Origin: Vicugna vicugna
Lineage: Eukaryota
DNA length: 64,000 nucleotides
Assembly (NCBI GenBank): GCA_013265495.1
Contig: MU058000.1
Coordinates: 2,480,001 to 2,544,000, forward strand
Reading direction: 5' to 3'
Part shown: one piece after another, positions 43,326-55,700 of the stretch
Numbering within the stretch: the first letter of the stretch is position 1
Layout: each line of letters starts with the position of its first letter
The notes under the pieces: generated by a model
Databases searched by the model: none
What the model saw: the letters and a program-made list of their open reading frames with translations, nothing else
What the model was told of the DNA's origin: nothing
Position numbers and translations under genes: made by a program

Positions 43326-44212
43326 AAAGCATATAAGTAAAATAAAAACATTTTATAAAAAATTGTCTCAAATCTTTTTTAGGATTATTTGAATCTTCTG
43401 AAGATCCTTCTTATCTATTGCAATACACTCAAGTATTTCCAGTATGTTTTGTGGCTTTTTCCCCTTTCTTTTGGAAATACAACTACATTTATTTTGAAAG
43501 ACCACTAACAAACATATTTGGTTTAATTTCTACTCTAATTATGTGGAGAAATAAACCAATTAGACAAAACTCCTCATATTTCAAAATTTTGATGTATGAC
43601 AGACAATGGTGTTTAGGCACAATGCATGTTGGCTTTGAAATCACAGACATTTATAAATGCCTTTTGGGCAAATTAATAAAGGAAAGAATGAATGAATAGT
43701 ATTTTAAGCAATATAGGCCATAAAAATATATACCCTATTTCTGACCTCATTATTTCATACAGCAAACTCTTTATGATTATTTTCAATACAGCATTACCTT
43801 AATTAGTAAGGTTAAGGAGGCTGGCTACATTTCTATCAAGTTCTCCCCTTGTCCATATTACTCAAAGTTTATAAAACCCTAAACAGCAATGCAGGTAAAT
43901 TGTAATTTAAGCCAAAACATCAACTAGTATTGCTGTTTGCTAACAGCTTGACTTTCAGCAAAATGAATTTTCAGTCTTGGGAATCTTTGTGTCACTTGTT
44001 GATGTGAAGGGTTGGGTAGCGCAGAATCATAGAGCAAATAAAATCGTGCAACAATGAATATTTACAGTGTTTATTATCACTCATGTTTAAATGCTAGATT
44101 ATTGTCCCCATTAGGATTATGGAAATTTCATGAAAAAGTTATGAAGTGCCAGGATTAAAGTAGGTGTCAGAATTTACACTGCCAAAATATTTTAATAATA
44201 TTCACTGTGTTT

Positions 44213-47065
44213 CTCAGAAATTCTTAGAAAAATACAATCTCTCAAGACTGAACCAGGAAGAAATAGAAAATATGAACAAATAAATTACCAGTACTGAAAC
44301 TGAATCAGTAATTTAATAAAACCTTAAAAAACAAAGTCCAGGATCAGTTGGCTTCACAGGTGAATTCTACCAAATATTTAGAGAAGGGTTAACATCAATC
44401 CTTCTGAAACTGTTCCAAAAAGTTGCAGAGAAAGGAACACACCCAAACTCATTCTGAGGCCACCATCACCCTAACACCAAAATCAAAGACATCACATAAA
44501 AAAAGAAAATTACAGGCCAATATGACTGATAAACATAGATACAAAAATTCAACAAAATATAACAAATTGAGTCCAACAATGCATGAACAGGATTATACAC
44601 CATGATCAAGTGGGATTTATCCTTGGGATGCAAGGATTTTTCAGTATCCTCAAATCAATCAATGTGATACACCACAGTAACAAATGGAAGAATAAGAACC
44701 ATATGATCATCTCAATAGATGCAGAAAAAGCTTTTGATAAAATTCAACATGCATTTATGATAAAAACTCTCCAGAAAGTGGGCATAGAGGGAACATACCT
44801 CAACAAAAATAAAGGCCATATATGACAAACCCACAGCTAACATCATACTCAATGGTGAAAAGCTGAAAGCATTTCCTCTAATATCAGAAACAAGACAAGG
44901 ATGCCCACTCTGGCCACTTTTATTCAACATAGTTTTGGAATTCATAGTAACAGTAATCAGACAAGAAAATTAAATGGAAGGAATTCAAATTGGAATGGAA
45001 GAAGTAAAACTGTCACTGTTTGCAGATGACATAATACTATACGTAGAAAATCCTAAAGATGTTATCAGAAATCTGCTAGAGCTCATCAATGAATCTGGTA
45101 AACTATCAGGACACAAAATTAATATACAGAAATCTGTTGCATTTCTATACACTAACAATAAAATACTAGGAAAATAAATTAAGGAAATAATCCCATTTAC
45201 TATCGCATCAAAAAGACTGAAGTACCTAATAAACTTACCTAAGGAGGCAAAAGATCTGTACTCTGAAAACTATAAGACACTGATGAAAGAAATTGAAGAT
45301 GAAACAGATGAAAGGAATGCCATGTTCTTGGAACTGAAGAATCAGTATTGTTAAAATCACCGCACTACCCAAGGCAATCTACAAATTTAATGCAATCTCT
45401 GTCAAATTACCAGCAGCATTTTTCACAGAACTATAACAAAAAATTTTAAAGTGTTTGGAAACACAAAAGACCTCAAATAGCCAAAAAAATTCTTGAGAAA
45501 GAAGAAAGAAGCTCCAGGAATCACACGCCTGGACTTCAGACTATACTACAAAGCTACAGTAATCAAAACAGTATGGTACTGACACAAAACAGACATATAG
45601 ATCAATAGAACATGTAGAAAGTCTAGAAGGAAAAAAAAACTTGCACTTATGGTCAATTAAGCTATGAAAAAGGAGGTAAGAATATATAATGAAGAAAAGA
45701 CAGTCTCTTCAACAAGTGGAGCTGTGAAAACTGGAGGGCCACATATAAAAGAACGAAATTGGAACATTCTCTAATACCACATACAAAAATAAATGCAAAA
45801 TGGATTAAAGATGTAAATGTATGACTGGATACTCTAAAGCTCCTAGAAGAATACATTCTGCCTCCTAGAAGGCAGAACATTCTCTGACATGAGTTGCCGA
45901 ATATTTGTTTGGGTCTGTCTTCTAGAGTAAGGAAAATTAAAGCAAAAATAAACTGTTGGGACCTAATTAAACTGATAAGATGTTGCACAGTGAAGGAAAC
46001 CATAACAAAATCAAAAGACAACCTACAGAATGGGAAAAAATATTTGCAAGTGATGTGACTACAAGGGATTAATTTCCAAAATGTACAAACAACTCAAACA
46101 GCTTAATATCAAAAAAAAAAAAAATCAAAAAATGGGCAGAAGACCTAAATAGACATTTCTCCAAAGGAGACATTTAGATGGCCAATAGACACATGAAAAG
46201 ATGCTCAATATCGGTAATTATTAGAGAAATGTAAATCAAAACTACAATGATGTATCACCTAACACCAGTCAGAATGGCCATCATTAAAAAGTCTACAAAT
46301 AATAAATACTAGAGAGGGTATGGAGAAAAAGGAATCCCCCTACATTGTTGGTGGGAATGTAAATTTGTGCAGACACTATGGAAAACAGTACAGAGGTTCC
46401 TTAAAAAAATATAAATAGACTTATCATATGATCCAGCAATCCCATATATCTGGAAAACACTCTAATTTGGAAAGATATATGCACTCCAAAGTTCACAGCA
46501 GCACTATATACAATAGCCAAGATATGGAAGTGTCCTAAATGCCTACTGACAGATGACTGGATAAAGAAGGTATGGGGGGTGTGTGTGTGTGTGTGTATAT
46601 ATACATACATATATATATACCACTCAGCCATGAAAAAGAATGAAATAATGCTATTTGCAGTAACATGGATGGACCTAGAGATTATCATATTAAGTGAAGT
46701 TAAGACAAAGACAAATATCATATGACACCATTTTTATGTGGAATTAAAAAATGATATAAATGATTTTATTTACAAAACAGAAATAAACTCACAGACATAG
46801 AGAACCAACTTATGGTTATCAAGGGGGAAAATGGGGGCAAGAATAAATTAGGAGTTTGGAATTAATAGATACACTCTACTATATATAAAATAGATAAACA
46901 ACAAGGACTTATTGTATAGCAGAGGGAACTATATTCAATATCTTGTAATAACCTATTACCAAAAAGAATCTGAATTTATGAATATATATATGTATAACTG
47001 AATCACTTTGTAGTACACTTGAAACTAACACAACATTGTAAATCAACTATTCTTCAATTAAAAAT
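44213..47065 (+). mobile_element. 5'-truncated LINE-1 (~2.85 kb: ORF2 RT/C-terminal region plus 3'UTR), inactive, with 15-bp TSD
   Basis: ORF2 pieces [18 protein letters not shown]...[17 protein letters not shown] and [18 protein letters not shown]; multiple stops. Flanks are atattcactgtgttt (44198-44212) and atattcactgtattt (47066-47080). Confidence 0.97.
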
Positions 47066-49678
47066 ATATTCACTGTATTTAATAATAAGCATTGATTGGT
47101 GACATGTGATCTAGTTTTACCTTTGCTTCAAAGAAGAAAAAATTCAGAAGTTTCAACAAGGTTTGGATGCTTATTATTTACAAGGCAGCATATTTGATTC
47201 TGGGTAGATAGAAAGAATAACTCATTTTTATAAGGAACATACAAATGTGTAGGAGAAGACATATATGTCCATAATCATGCAAGTCAGACTGAAGTGAATA
47301 GAAGAATGAGACAAGTGTAAAAAAGAGAGAGATAAATGCTAACTATGAGAACAGATGCTCGATACAAATGTGAAAAATGTATATATAACCTCTGTCTAAT
47401 CATAGTAGTAGTTTTCTAAACTACATTAATAGCTTGAGTCAGAACAATAGAAACAAGAAGATGTTTTCACATCATTTAGTTCAAACATAAAGCTAGCAAA
47501 GTAGATGGATTCTGACAAATTTTGAACAACTACTATTTAGCCATCAAGTGTGTTAATGTTACTATATTTTCATGCGTTTATTTATAGGATTTATCAAATC
47601 AGTGACCCAAATGTGTGGAAAAGTAGTACAAATATTTAATCTCTGCAATATAACTAATGCTTTCATGAATCAAAAAAAAAAACTGTGGAAGTAATTTACT
47701 TTAACACAATCTTTAATTTCCTAAATAAAGTTGCAAAGACTATGTAAAACTACCCTTAGTTTCTGAGGATGATTGAAGTGTTATTGTGTTGGTTTTCAAA
47801 CATCTACCTGGACATAGTATCTTTGTATTTTACTCAAATAGATGAAGAGAAAAACCACCTATCTCAAGCGGGCACATTGTACACCAAGTGACGAAGTCAA
47901 GAAATCCATTAAACGGGACAATCAGTGGATTCTTTATCCTGCAAATGGACTCCTGAATAATTATAAGTCAGCATTGACCAAGAATTACATTCTAATGTTG
48001 TATATGATTTGCCACAGCAAATTCTCAGTTTATTGAGGCTTTATTTGGGCAACTCTGATGGAATTAGTTTTGAATCCATCTAAGCAGTGTCAGCTATTAG
48101 AGCACGTTTCTTCTCAATCTGAGTGAATCTTTCACTTCCATTCTGCTCAATGACTCACAGATACATGGGAAATTTACAGATTTTTATATTTGTAACAAAA
48201 GTTTAGTGGCATGCAAAGAGAACACCATTTATTAAAAGATAAGTGCAGACGTCTGCTAAGCTCTTTGTACAAATATCAGAAGGCTCCTTCTACATCTTTA
48301 GTCGATTGACAGGGAAAATGTTTGCGTATAAAACACCATTTAGCTAGAAATGAGTTTTGACTTGCACTATGAGCAGAAGCTGTGATATCCTGAGAAGACA
48401 CCATATACTACATTTTTATCTGAAATTTCCTAACAATGGCTGGCACATTGCAGGCATGATCTATATCTAATCTCTCTCTCTATGTATTAATCTATATTGC
48501 TGTGAATATCTATATTTACATCTCTTTAATGGATTAATAAATGAATAATATATATATTTTACTAAAATAATGTTTAAAGTGTAATTAATTTCCTATGAGG
48601 TACAAGAGTTGATTGTAATTAAACCCTTTCCAACAGTATATATAACTACATTTAAAGTAAACAGACAACAAAAATGCTACAATATCAGAAAGAAAAAAGT
48701 TCTTCATTCTGCCAAGAGGGCAAACCTTTTAAAATGTTTTATTGAAAGCTCCTATGATCACAGTCTTGGAAACAGTGATGCAATCAAGCCTGTATAATAA
48801 GTGGCTCTTTATGAAAGTATACGTAATGAACCAGCATGACAAAACACTGTAGCTGAGCAACAGATACCAAATGCTGGCTTTCAATCAGCAGCCAAGTCTC
48901 TTTTTCGCTCTCTGCAAATAACAGAATACATTTCTGAGCTCACAGTCATAAGACCTCTGTCCAGAACTGGAAGTGCGATTGTGGTCATCAATATCACTCA
49001 TTTGATAAAGGAGTCAAGTTTTCCGCTTCAGTCTTATTAACAGCTAGCTGTAGGCACCTAGAATTTAGGGGCTGGCACGTTATTCTCAGTAACAAATTGA
49101 AGACAAAGTGCTCCATTTTGTTAACCTTAAAGGTCTTCAGAAGCTATAGCTCTGTGTATAACCCAAATGAATATTTTGACAGCTATGCTGACAATTTGGT
49201 TTGCTCTTATGTTAAAAATAAATATATGGCATGATGGTACACAGCCTGGCATAAGACGATGTGCCCATGGGAAATAAAGCCCGTAAAGATATGAGAATTA
49301 AGGTCATTCTATTTTCTACCTAATTAGCACATGCTACAGTGAGGCCAGCAGAAATTACCAAATCTGTAACCTTATATTCAGCCCTAGTTGGCGCACCCAT
49401 TTTGCGTAACTTTGGATACATGACTGAAATCTTTGATCTTTTGTTTCACCACTGATAACTGGAAATAAGGCCCTAAGTCCCTTCTCTCTCACAGGGTATT
49501 CAAGGATCAAACCGTTTGATAAAGGACTTTCAGATTAATGGGGTCTGCTCCTGCATCTAATTTATTCTCAGTCACTTTAAAGCTGAAATATACATTACAA
49601 ATGTACAATTGTACATTACAACCCTCAAACAGCTGCTTTTTATGATGGCGGCCATGAGCATTTCAGATCCCTACTCAC

Positions 49679-49837
49679 CTCTCTTCCCTGTGGTCTATCT
49701 CATACATCAATGTGCATTTAAAGCTACACCTCTGATAGCACAACATATCCAGGGGGAGAAAGAGACCAACTGCGGTCTACTGAACTTGAGATGTGAATCA
49801 GTAATTAGAAGTAGTGTGAACAGAAAAGCAATTGGGA
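49679..49837 (-). other. Candidate 159-bp non-coding exon
   Basis: Minus-strand acceptor cttttctgtcttgcctcag| and donor GAG|gtgagt; all three frames contain stops. Confidence 0.3.
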
Positions 49838-51890
49838 CTGAGGCAAGACAGAAAAGTTTCCAAAGGAAAAAGCCAAAGAGATTAAATTAATGAGAGCAAA
49901 AATATCATCTATGGAGAACTTGCCCGTATGATGTTATATATAATATGTACATATGCATACACATAATATGTATGGGCATGAGAACAGAATGAAAGAAAAC
50001 ATGTACACATTATAATACATAGGAAAAGCTTATCCAGAGCTTGAGACTTCTGCAAGTCAATAGGTTCATTAAGTCAAGAAAATTTGAAAATATTAACTCT
50101 TAAATAGCAGTTTTGTGAAATTTTTGAGTTTCAAGGAAAAGGAAAATTCTTTGCCCTGATTATTTTATTTCTCAAAATTAACTTGAGGACATATTAGAGT
50201 ATGTGTACAGAACTTTACATACGCATATGTTTTATCTCAGAATTTGTATATTAATTAAAATAAGAAGTAACTAAAAGGACCAGGGTAGTAAAGATAAATA
50301 CACCATAATTATCTTACACTATTAAAAAATGCATGTATGCGCATATACCACTCACCACTTTTCTACAGAATATATTTACTATATGCTGAAAAGAAGTACA
50401 AATAATGAGCGTTTAGTAATTATTTTTATCAGAAAATGAAATCATTCTCTATTTTTCTTCTTTTCTGCATATAGTTTATATTCTAAAATGCTCTGATGAT
50501 TTCAAAACATCATTTCAGGTGGTGGAATATTTGATAAAGTACTTGGATTAAAATAAAATTAGACTTTCACCTCAAATAAGAAGGAATTCCACATATTTTA
50601 AAGAATTAAAAATAAAGCTGGATGGCAGAATAAAGGTTAAAAAATAAAATAAAGCAATTACAGATAAATACACTTTGGGTCTTGAGAGGAAAAGACTTTG
50701 TCCCAAAAATTGGAATACAAAAAAATGTTGCTATAGGGTGACATCTTTCTTACACTGTAGGTGAAAATATTAGCATTTCTGGAAAGCAATTTGTACATAA
50801 ATATTAAAAAGTCATTGCAATTAACCTAGTAATCTACCTCTAAACATTTCAGGTAAGGACATAATCAGAAATTCAATAAACATTTATGTATGAGATTATT
50901 CATTATGGAAGTAGTATAATACTCAATATACAGATATAGTTAAATTAATTACCACTCATTCATGAAAAAAGGAAACACTGAAGGAATACAAACAAGCAAG
51001 TATTAAAATAGGCCCATTGCTAATCAAAAGAATGAAAATCTTTTTTTTTTTTTTTACCAGTCAGGTTATAAACTTTATAAATGAGGATGATTCATATTGA
51101 TGAGGATTTGGTGAGTGAAACAGTCACTGCTGATAACAGCAAATCACTGAAATTATTTAAAGGGTGATGAGAAGGTGTATATTGCAAGACTTAAGACAGT
51201 ATTTTATTATTGACAAAATCTCTTGTAAATATCTTTATTAAAGAAACTTTCAGATATTTCCCTTGATTGTCAGGAAAAAATAATTTCTTATTTGACTTCC
51301 ATGTGTAAATTCTTTCTAAATTTAAAAGAATAAAAATTCTTTTATAATACATATGAAAAGCAAATAGGAAATTATTTTTTCCCTGACAAACTTCAGTTGA
51401 TGTAACCCATTATAGGATTCAAACCAAGGTACTTGGGGAATTGATATAATCAATGGGTTAGAAAGGAGCTTACACACTATTTAATCAATTAAACTCATTT
51501 TACAAGTGGCAAAATTTGGACCATAAAGACATAAAGTAATAACAATTCAACACAGGTACCACACAAACTCACACACACACACACAACTTGTTCAGAAGAA
51601 AATTTCAGATCAGAAAACTTAAAAAAAAAGCAAAACCCACACATGATACTTTCCAATATTTAAAATGGGAGACAGAGTCAGACTTGAATATTTTTGTTGT
51701 ATTTTTTAAATTTGTATTTATTAATGGTGAGGGTTCTCGTTCTGACAGTAAAAAATCAGGGGTGCTTATGAAAAGTTTAATTTTAGTTGCCAAAAGAGAG
51801 TGCAACTTCCAACAGTCCGGACTGATAGCTGCTCAGTAGATCCTTCCATGACCCGGTAGTTCAATATCACGCTTAACTCCATCCCATTAC

Positions 51891-52360
51891 CTGAGTGTCA
51901 GTCTTTCCTTAGCTCCTTCCAAGTAGGTGCTGGCCAGTTGTTGAGGAGCAAGCTCAGTGCTGCCAAGAAGATTCTCTTCTCATTAAGTTCCTGTTGTGCT
52001 GCTGCCCAGACAAATGGCTTCACTCCTTGAAGCGGCCACACTTCCTGCAGAATGGATTGCGAGACCTCCTTTGCTCGACGTTGGAAGGTAACCCATGGCC
52101 TCCAATAAACCAGCGCACATTGCTGCATCAGCAGTAGGGGCAAGAAGTTCACGAGCAATGTACAGTCGATGACGGGTCACAGCATATTCCCCTTCACTGT
52201 AACCGAACTGGAAATATTCCTATTTCAGGGTCTGTGTTCTTTTAATCCAATTTCCTGTGGCAAATATTTAATCTGCTCTGCACGCCTTTGGTTATTACCT
52301 TTAATCAGCAACTTCTGCAGAAACATCAGTGACTCAGTACCTTTTGTTATTATCTGTCCA
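51891..52360 (-). other. Candidate exon (470 bp) of an unidentified minus-strand transcript
   Basis: Preceded by a ~50-nt AG-free polypyrimidine tract ending cccataatag|; donor CAG|gtaatg at 51891/51890; CpG-retaining sequence with no recognisable repeat. Confidence 0.45.
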
Positions 52361-52610
52361 CTATTATGGGAAAAAAAAAGATGGGGGTGATGGGAGAAGG
52401 AAAAAGAGAAAAAGAAAGGGCAAACTCAATGAGATTATTTTTATTTTATTTTATTTATCAGGTTGAGTGTTCTCTCCTACTGATTATTCCCTGAGCTGCC
52501 TCCGCTTACCAATTATAGTTTAAATCATGTCCTTTGGAGCTCATGGTGCTCGTTAGCATTCTACACTCTCCCCTTGAACTTTGATGTTGAAACGAAGCCG
52601 CACCCCTCAT
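52225..52610 (-). CDS. Hypothetical spliced small ORF, 78 aa (52610-52510 joined to 52360-52225), no recognised homologue
   Basis: Removing intron 52361-52509 gives MRGAASFQHQSSRGECRMLTSTMSSKGHDLNYNCGQIITKGTESLMFLQKLLIKGNNQRRAEQIKYLPQEIGLKEHRP*; translation unproven. Confidence 0.2.
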
Positions 52611-52653
52611 ACCTGGAGGTCTAGCAAACGTCCAAGTGGGCTCAGGAAGGGAT
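52510..52653 (-). other. Candidate exon (144 bp, or a first exon) of the same transcript
   Basis: Acceptor-like cttgttttgcctttgatattcag|, donor TTG|gtaagc; one fully open frame containing three ATGs. Confidence 0.5.
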
Positions 52654-52715
52654 CTGAATATCAAAGGCAAAACAAGAGACTGACATACCATCCCAAATCC
52701 CGGCTTTATGTTACT

Positions 52716-52723
52716 TGACGTCA
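52716..52723. promoter_or_regulatory. Full cAMP-response element (TGACGTCA)
   Basis: Sits within the 10-bp palindrome TTGACGTCAA (52715-52724), ~60 bp upstream of the candidate minus-strand exon; CpG retained. Confidence 0.55.
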
Positions 52724-55700
52724 AAAGACTTCCCTTAATTTTTAGCCTTTCATGGATTAAGCACTGCTAGGGAAATGCTATTTTCAAGGGAAGATTAATC
52801 TTACACATTGCACATGACCCTGTCTGAAAGTCTGGCTGACTGAATGAAAGCAGAAGAGTGGAACAAGGGTGCCCCCAGCCCAACCCGCTGGAGGAAACTT
52901 GCAGTAATCGGGCCAGAAAGAAACCCAGTTCGGGTTATGGTATGTTTCCCAGTAAGAAAAATGTAGAGCGTGAATCAGGCATTTTGCTACATTTTTGTGT
53001 CTTCCCTGGCCTTTGCTTTTGCTCTGAGTTCTTAGAAGCTGAACCCCTGTGCCTTTTTGCTCTTTGGAGTTTGGAGAATACCTATGAAAATGTATATTTC
53101 AGACACAAGGGTCTCATCTTTGAAGAAAAACTACAAGTAAAATAAGACACCTAATGAAAAAAGGTGTTTTATGTGTTCAATTTCCCGAATGAGCAACAAG
53201 CACCCGGTATGTGAAACTCTGACCCATGAATTCCTGTGAGGAAAGATGCTGACCATGACGACGGCATTAGTTAATACAGCTACATAGCAGAAAGCACGAA
53301 CTGCCTTAGTGACAAGCATACAGGTTTTCTTCTCTGTCAGTGAATGTCAGTACACACGGTATGGTACATAAGCATTACTTGTCTGTTTTTCAATGGGAGA
53401 CTATTTTTTTTTCTCTGCTTGCCTGTGTATTTTCATTAAGTCAAGAAATTTGGAAAGAGAGTAAAACAAAAATTATGTCACCACTTAGGAAAAATCAATG
53501 CCACCATTTTACTGTATATGATTCAATTGTTTTTTTCTTTCCATGTTTATCATTGGTTACAGGTACATACCTAGAACATTTAAAGTACATACCCAGGGTA
53601 CTTAAAATCACATGCCCTTACTACTTTAAACTTTTTTCACTTAATTATTTTACCAATATTTAAATATTCTTCTAGAAGAAAATTTCAAGTGCTATACTGT
53701 ATTATATGAAATCTCTGAAGAGCCATCTACATGGTGTAGATTTATCCAATTCTTTAACACAGGACATTGTTTTTTCCCCTATTTTTCAGTGTAATGAAAG
53801 GTAATTTTTAATAGAAAAATATGGTCAGTAACAGAATTATCAGATATAATGACATATTTTTTAAAATGCATGTTACTCTATTGCCCCCAGGATTTTATAA
53901 TTTACAGCTATAGCAGAACCACGCGGGGGATGTCTTTCTTTACTTGTGGGGATATTGGATAGTGTTTCTGTGTGACATGAGGCATGTAAATTAGCCTCTC
54001 TGTGATTTGTTCCCTAACCGTAAAGTAGGGAAAATAATGGTACCTGTTTGTGTCATGTCTTTGATGTGCTTGAGGGTAAATTTATACTAGGAAAAAGTTA
54101 TTCAGGTGTTATTTTGATTTTCAATTAGTATACAGATTTTCTAATTGCCTAGTTCCTCCTTAAGCTTTTATAGTCAACATACAAAATTTTTGTTATTGTA
54201 TTTACAAGGCTAAGAAACTTGAAAAACATTTGAAAATGTCCTTTGAATAATGCTTGGCATCATTAATATACATAATTAAATTAAGGCACAATATTTTAAA
54301 TTTATATTACTTGATTTCATTTTAAATCATTCAATTACTTAGCTTAAACAAAATATTTATAGGTACTTAAGTATTAGTAAAAGTACAATAAATATATAAA
54401 TATGGAAATATAAGCTATTAGAAATATTATAATACTGTGTATAAACTTTAGATTTTAAATTAAAATCAAAAGTCTAAATAGATTACTAAACAACATATTT
54501 GAAATTATAATTATGAAGCTATTACATTAAATTTATAGGCCAGATTTCTTAACGTAACTACTTGTACATAGATGAGTAGATTTCTATTCTTGAGGAGAAT
54601 AATAAAGTATTTGTTTTACTCAGATCTCTCTTCATGCAATTCTGAATTTTCTTGGTTTAAAATTTGCTCATCCATAAGTAAATAATTATTTTTGTGGGCA
54701 CATCTTATCAGTGCAATATTTTTAGTTCTTAAACACTTTATTTAAAATTAATGTAAAATAAAATTGACTCTTGTCATCTATAGCTCTATGAATTTTAACA
54801 CATGTAGAGACTTGTGTAACTTTACCGCAATTAGAATATAGAAGATTTCCATTACCCACACTCCAAAATTCCCTTGTGCTGCCCTTTTTAGTCACACATT
54901 CCCTTCAATCTTTACCCCTGGAAACCATCAATTTTAAATTATGTTCTTTTCTGTATGTTAGGGTTACTATACATATTTCAAGGATAACTGATTGAAATTT
55001 GCCCACCACAGACCTACAGTGAACACCTTCAGTCACGTATTTTTTAAGATGGCTATTTCTATACAAGGATTTGACAAGAGTGAACATAATCACAGTGCAT
55101 GGGACAATATATACCCACGTAATAAAAGTTCAAACCATATGGGCTATTATGATTACCCATTATTTCTTTTTCATTCCTTTGATCCAAGCATAACATTGAC
55201 ATCTAAGACCTAATAGCCTGTCTGTGCAAAATAAAATAACATTTGGCTTTGTAGACAAAATTGTAAGTGGCTCTGGCCCGCACTAGCCAAGATGCTAAAA
55301 GAGAAGTTTGGCTTCTGAGAAAGTGCACCTCGTTATTTGCTCAAGGTCTCAAGAGTTGGCCCCAGATGTGCTTATAAGTAACGTTTTATCCTCCATTTCA
55401 TATTCCTACTCCTACGAAGGCACTCGCTATACATCCTCTCTATTGGCCATTGGCCAGAGTAACAAATGCAGTGTCTGCTTGCCAAGGGGATCTTTGGGTT
55501 TGCCTAAATCTCTCAATCCTCTGGAGGCTGCTAGATTCCTAAAAGGCAGGTCAGAGCAATCATCTGCACCTCAAAGGTGCTTTTCTATGTCGATAATCTC
55601 AAAGTCCATCCCGAACAAGTTCCATTTGTTTGAAGTGCGTTCTCTTATATCCATGGCAGACCAAAATATTGTCTAGGATTAATAAAATGATGAGATAGCA

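Noticed and set aside
51898..52180. Overlapping 86-aa and 65-aa minus ORFs, and a possible plus-strand exon (51913 or 51988 to 52088)
   Set aside because: Non-ATG starts, no recognisable homology, and weaker splice support than the minus-strand model; not excluded.
52225..52320. Fleeting resemblance of RAEQIK to bornavirus nucleoprotein (GAEQIKK)
   Set aside because: Only five residues match and there is no flanking similarity; not evidence for an endogenous viral element.
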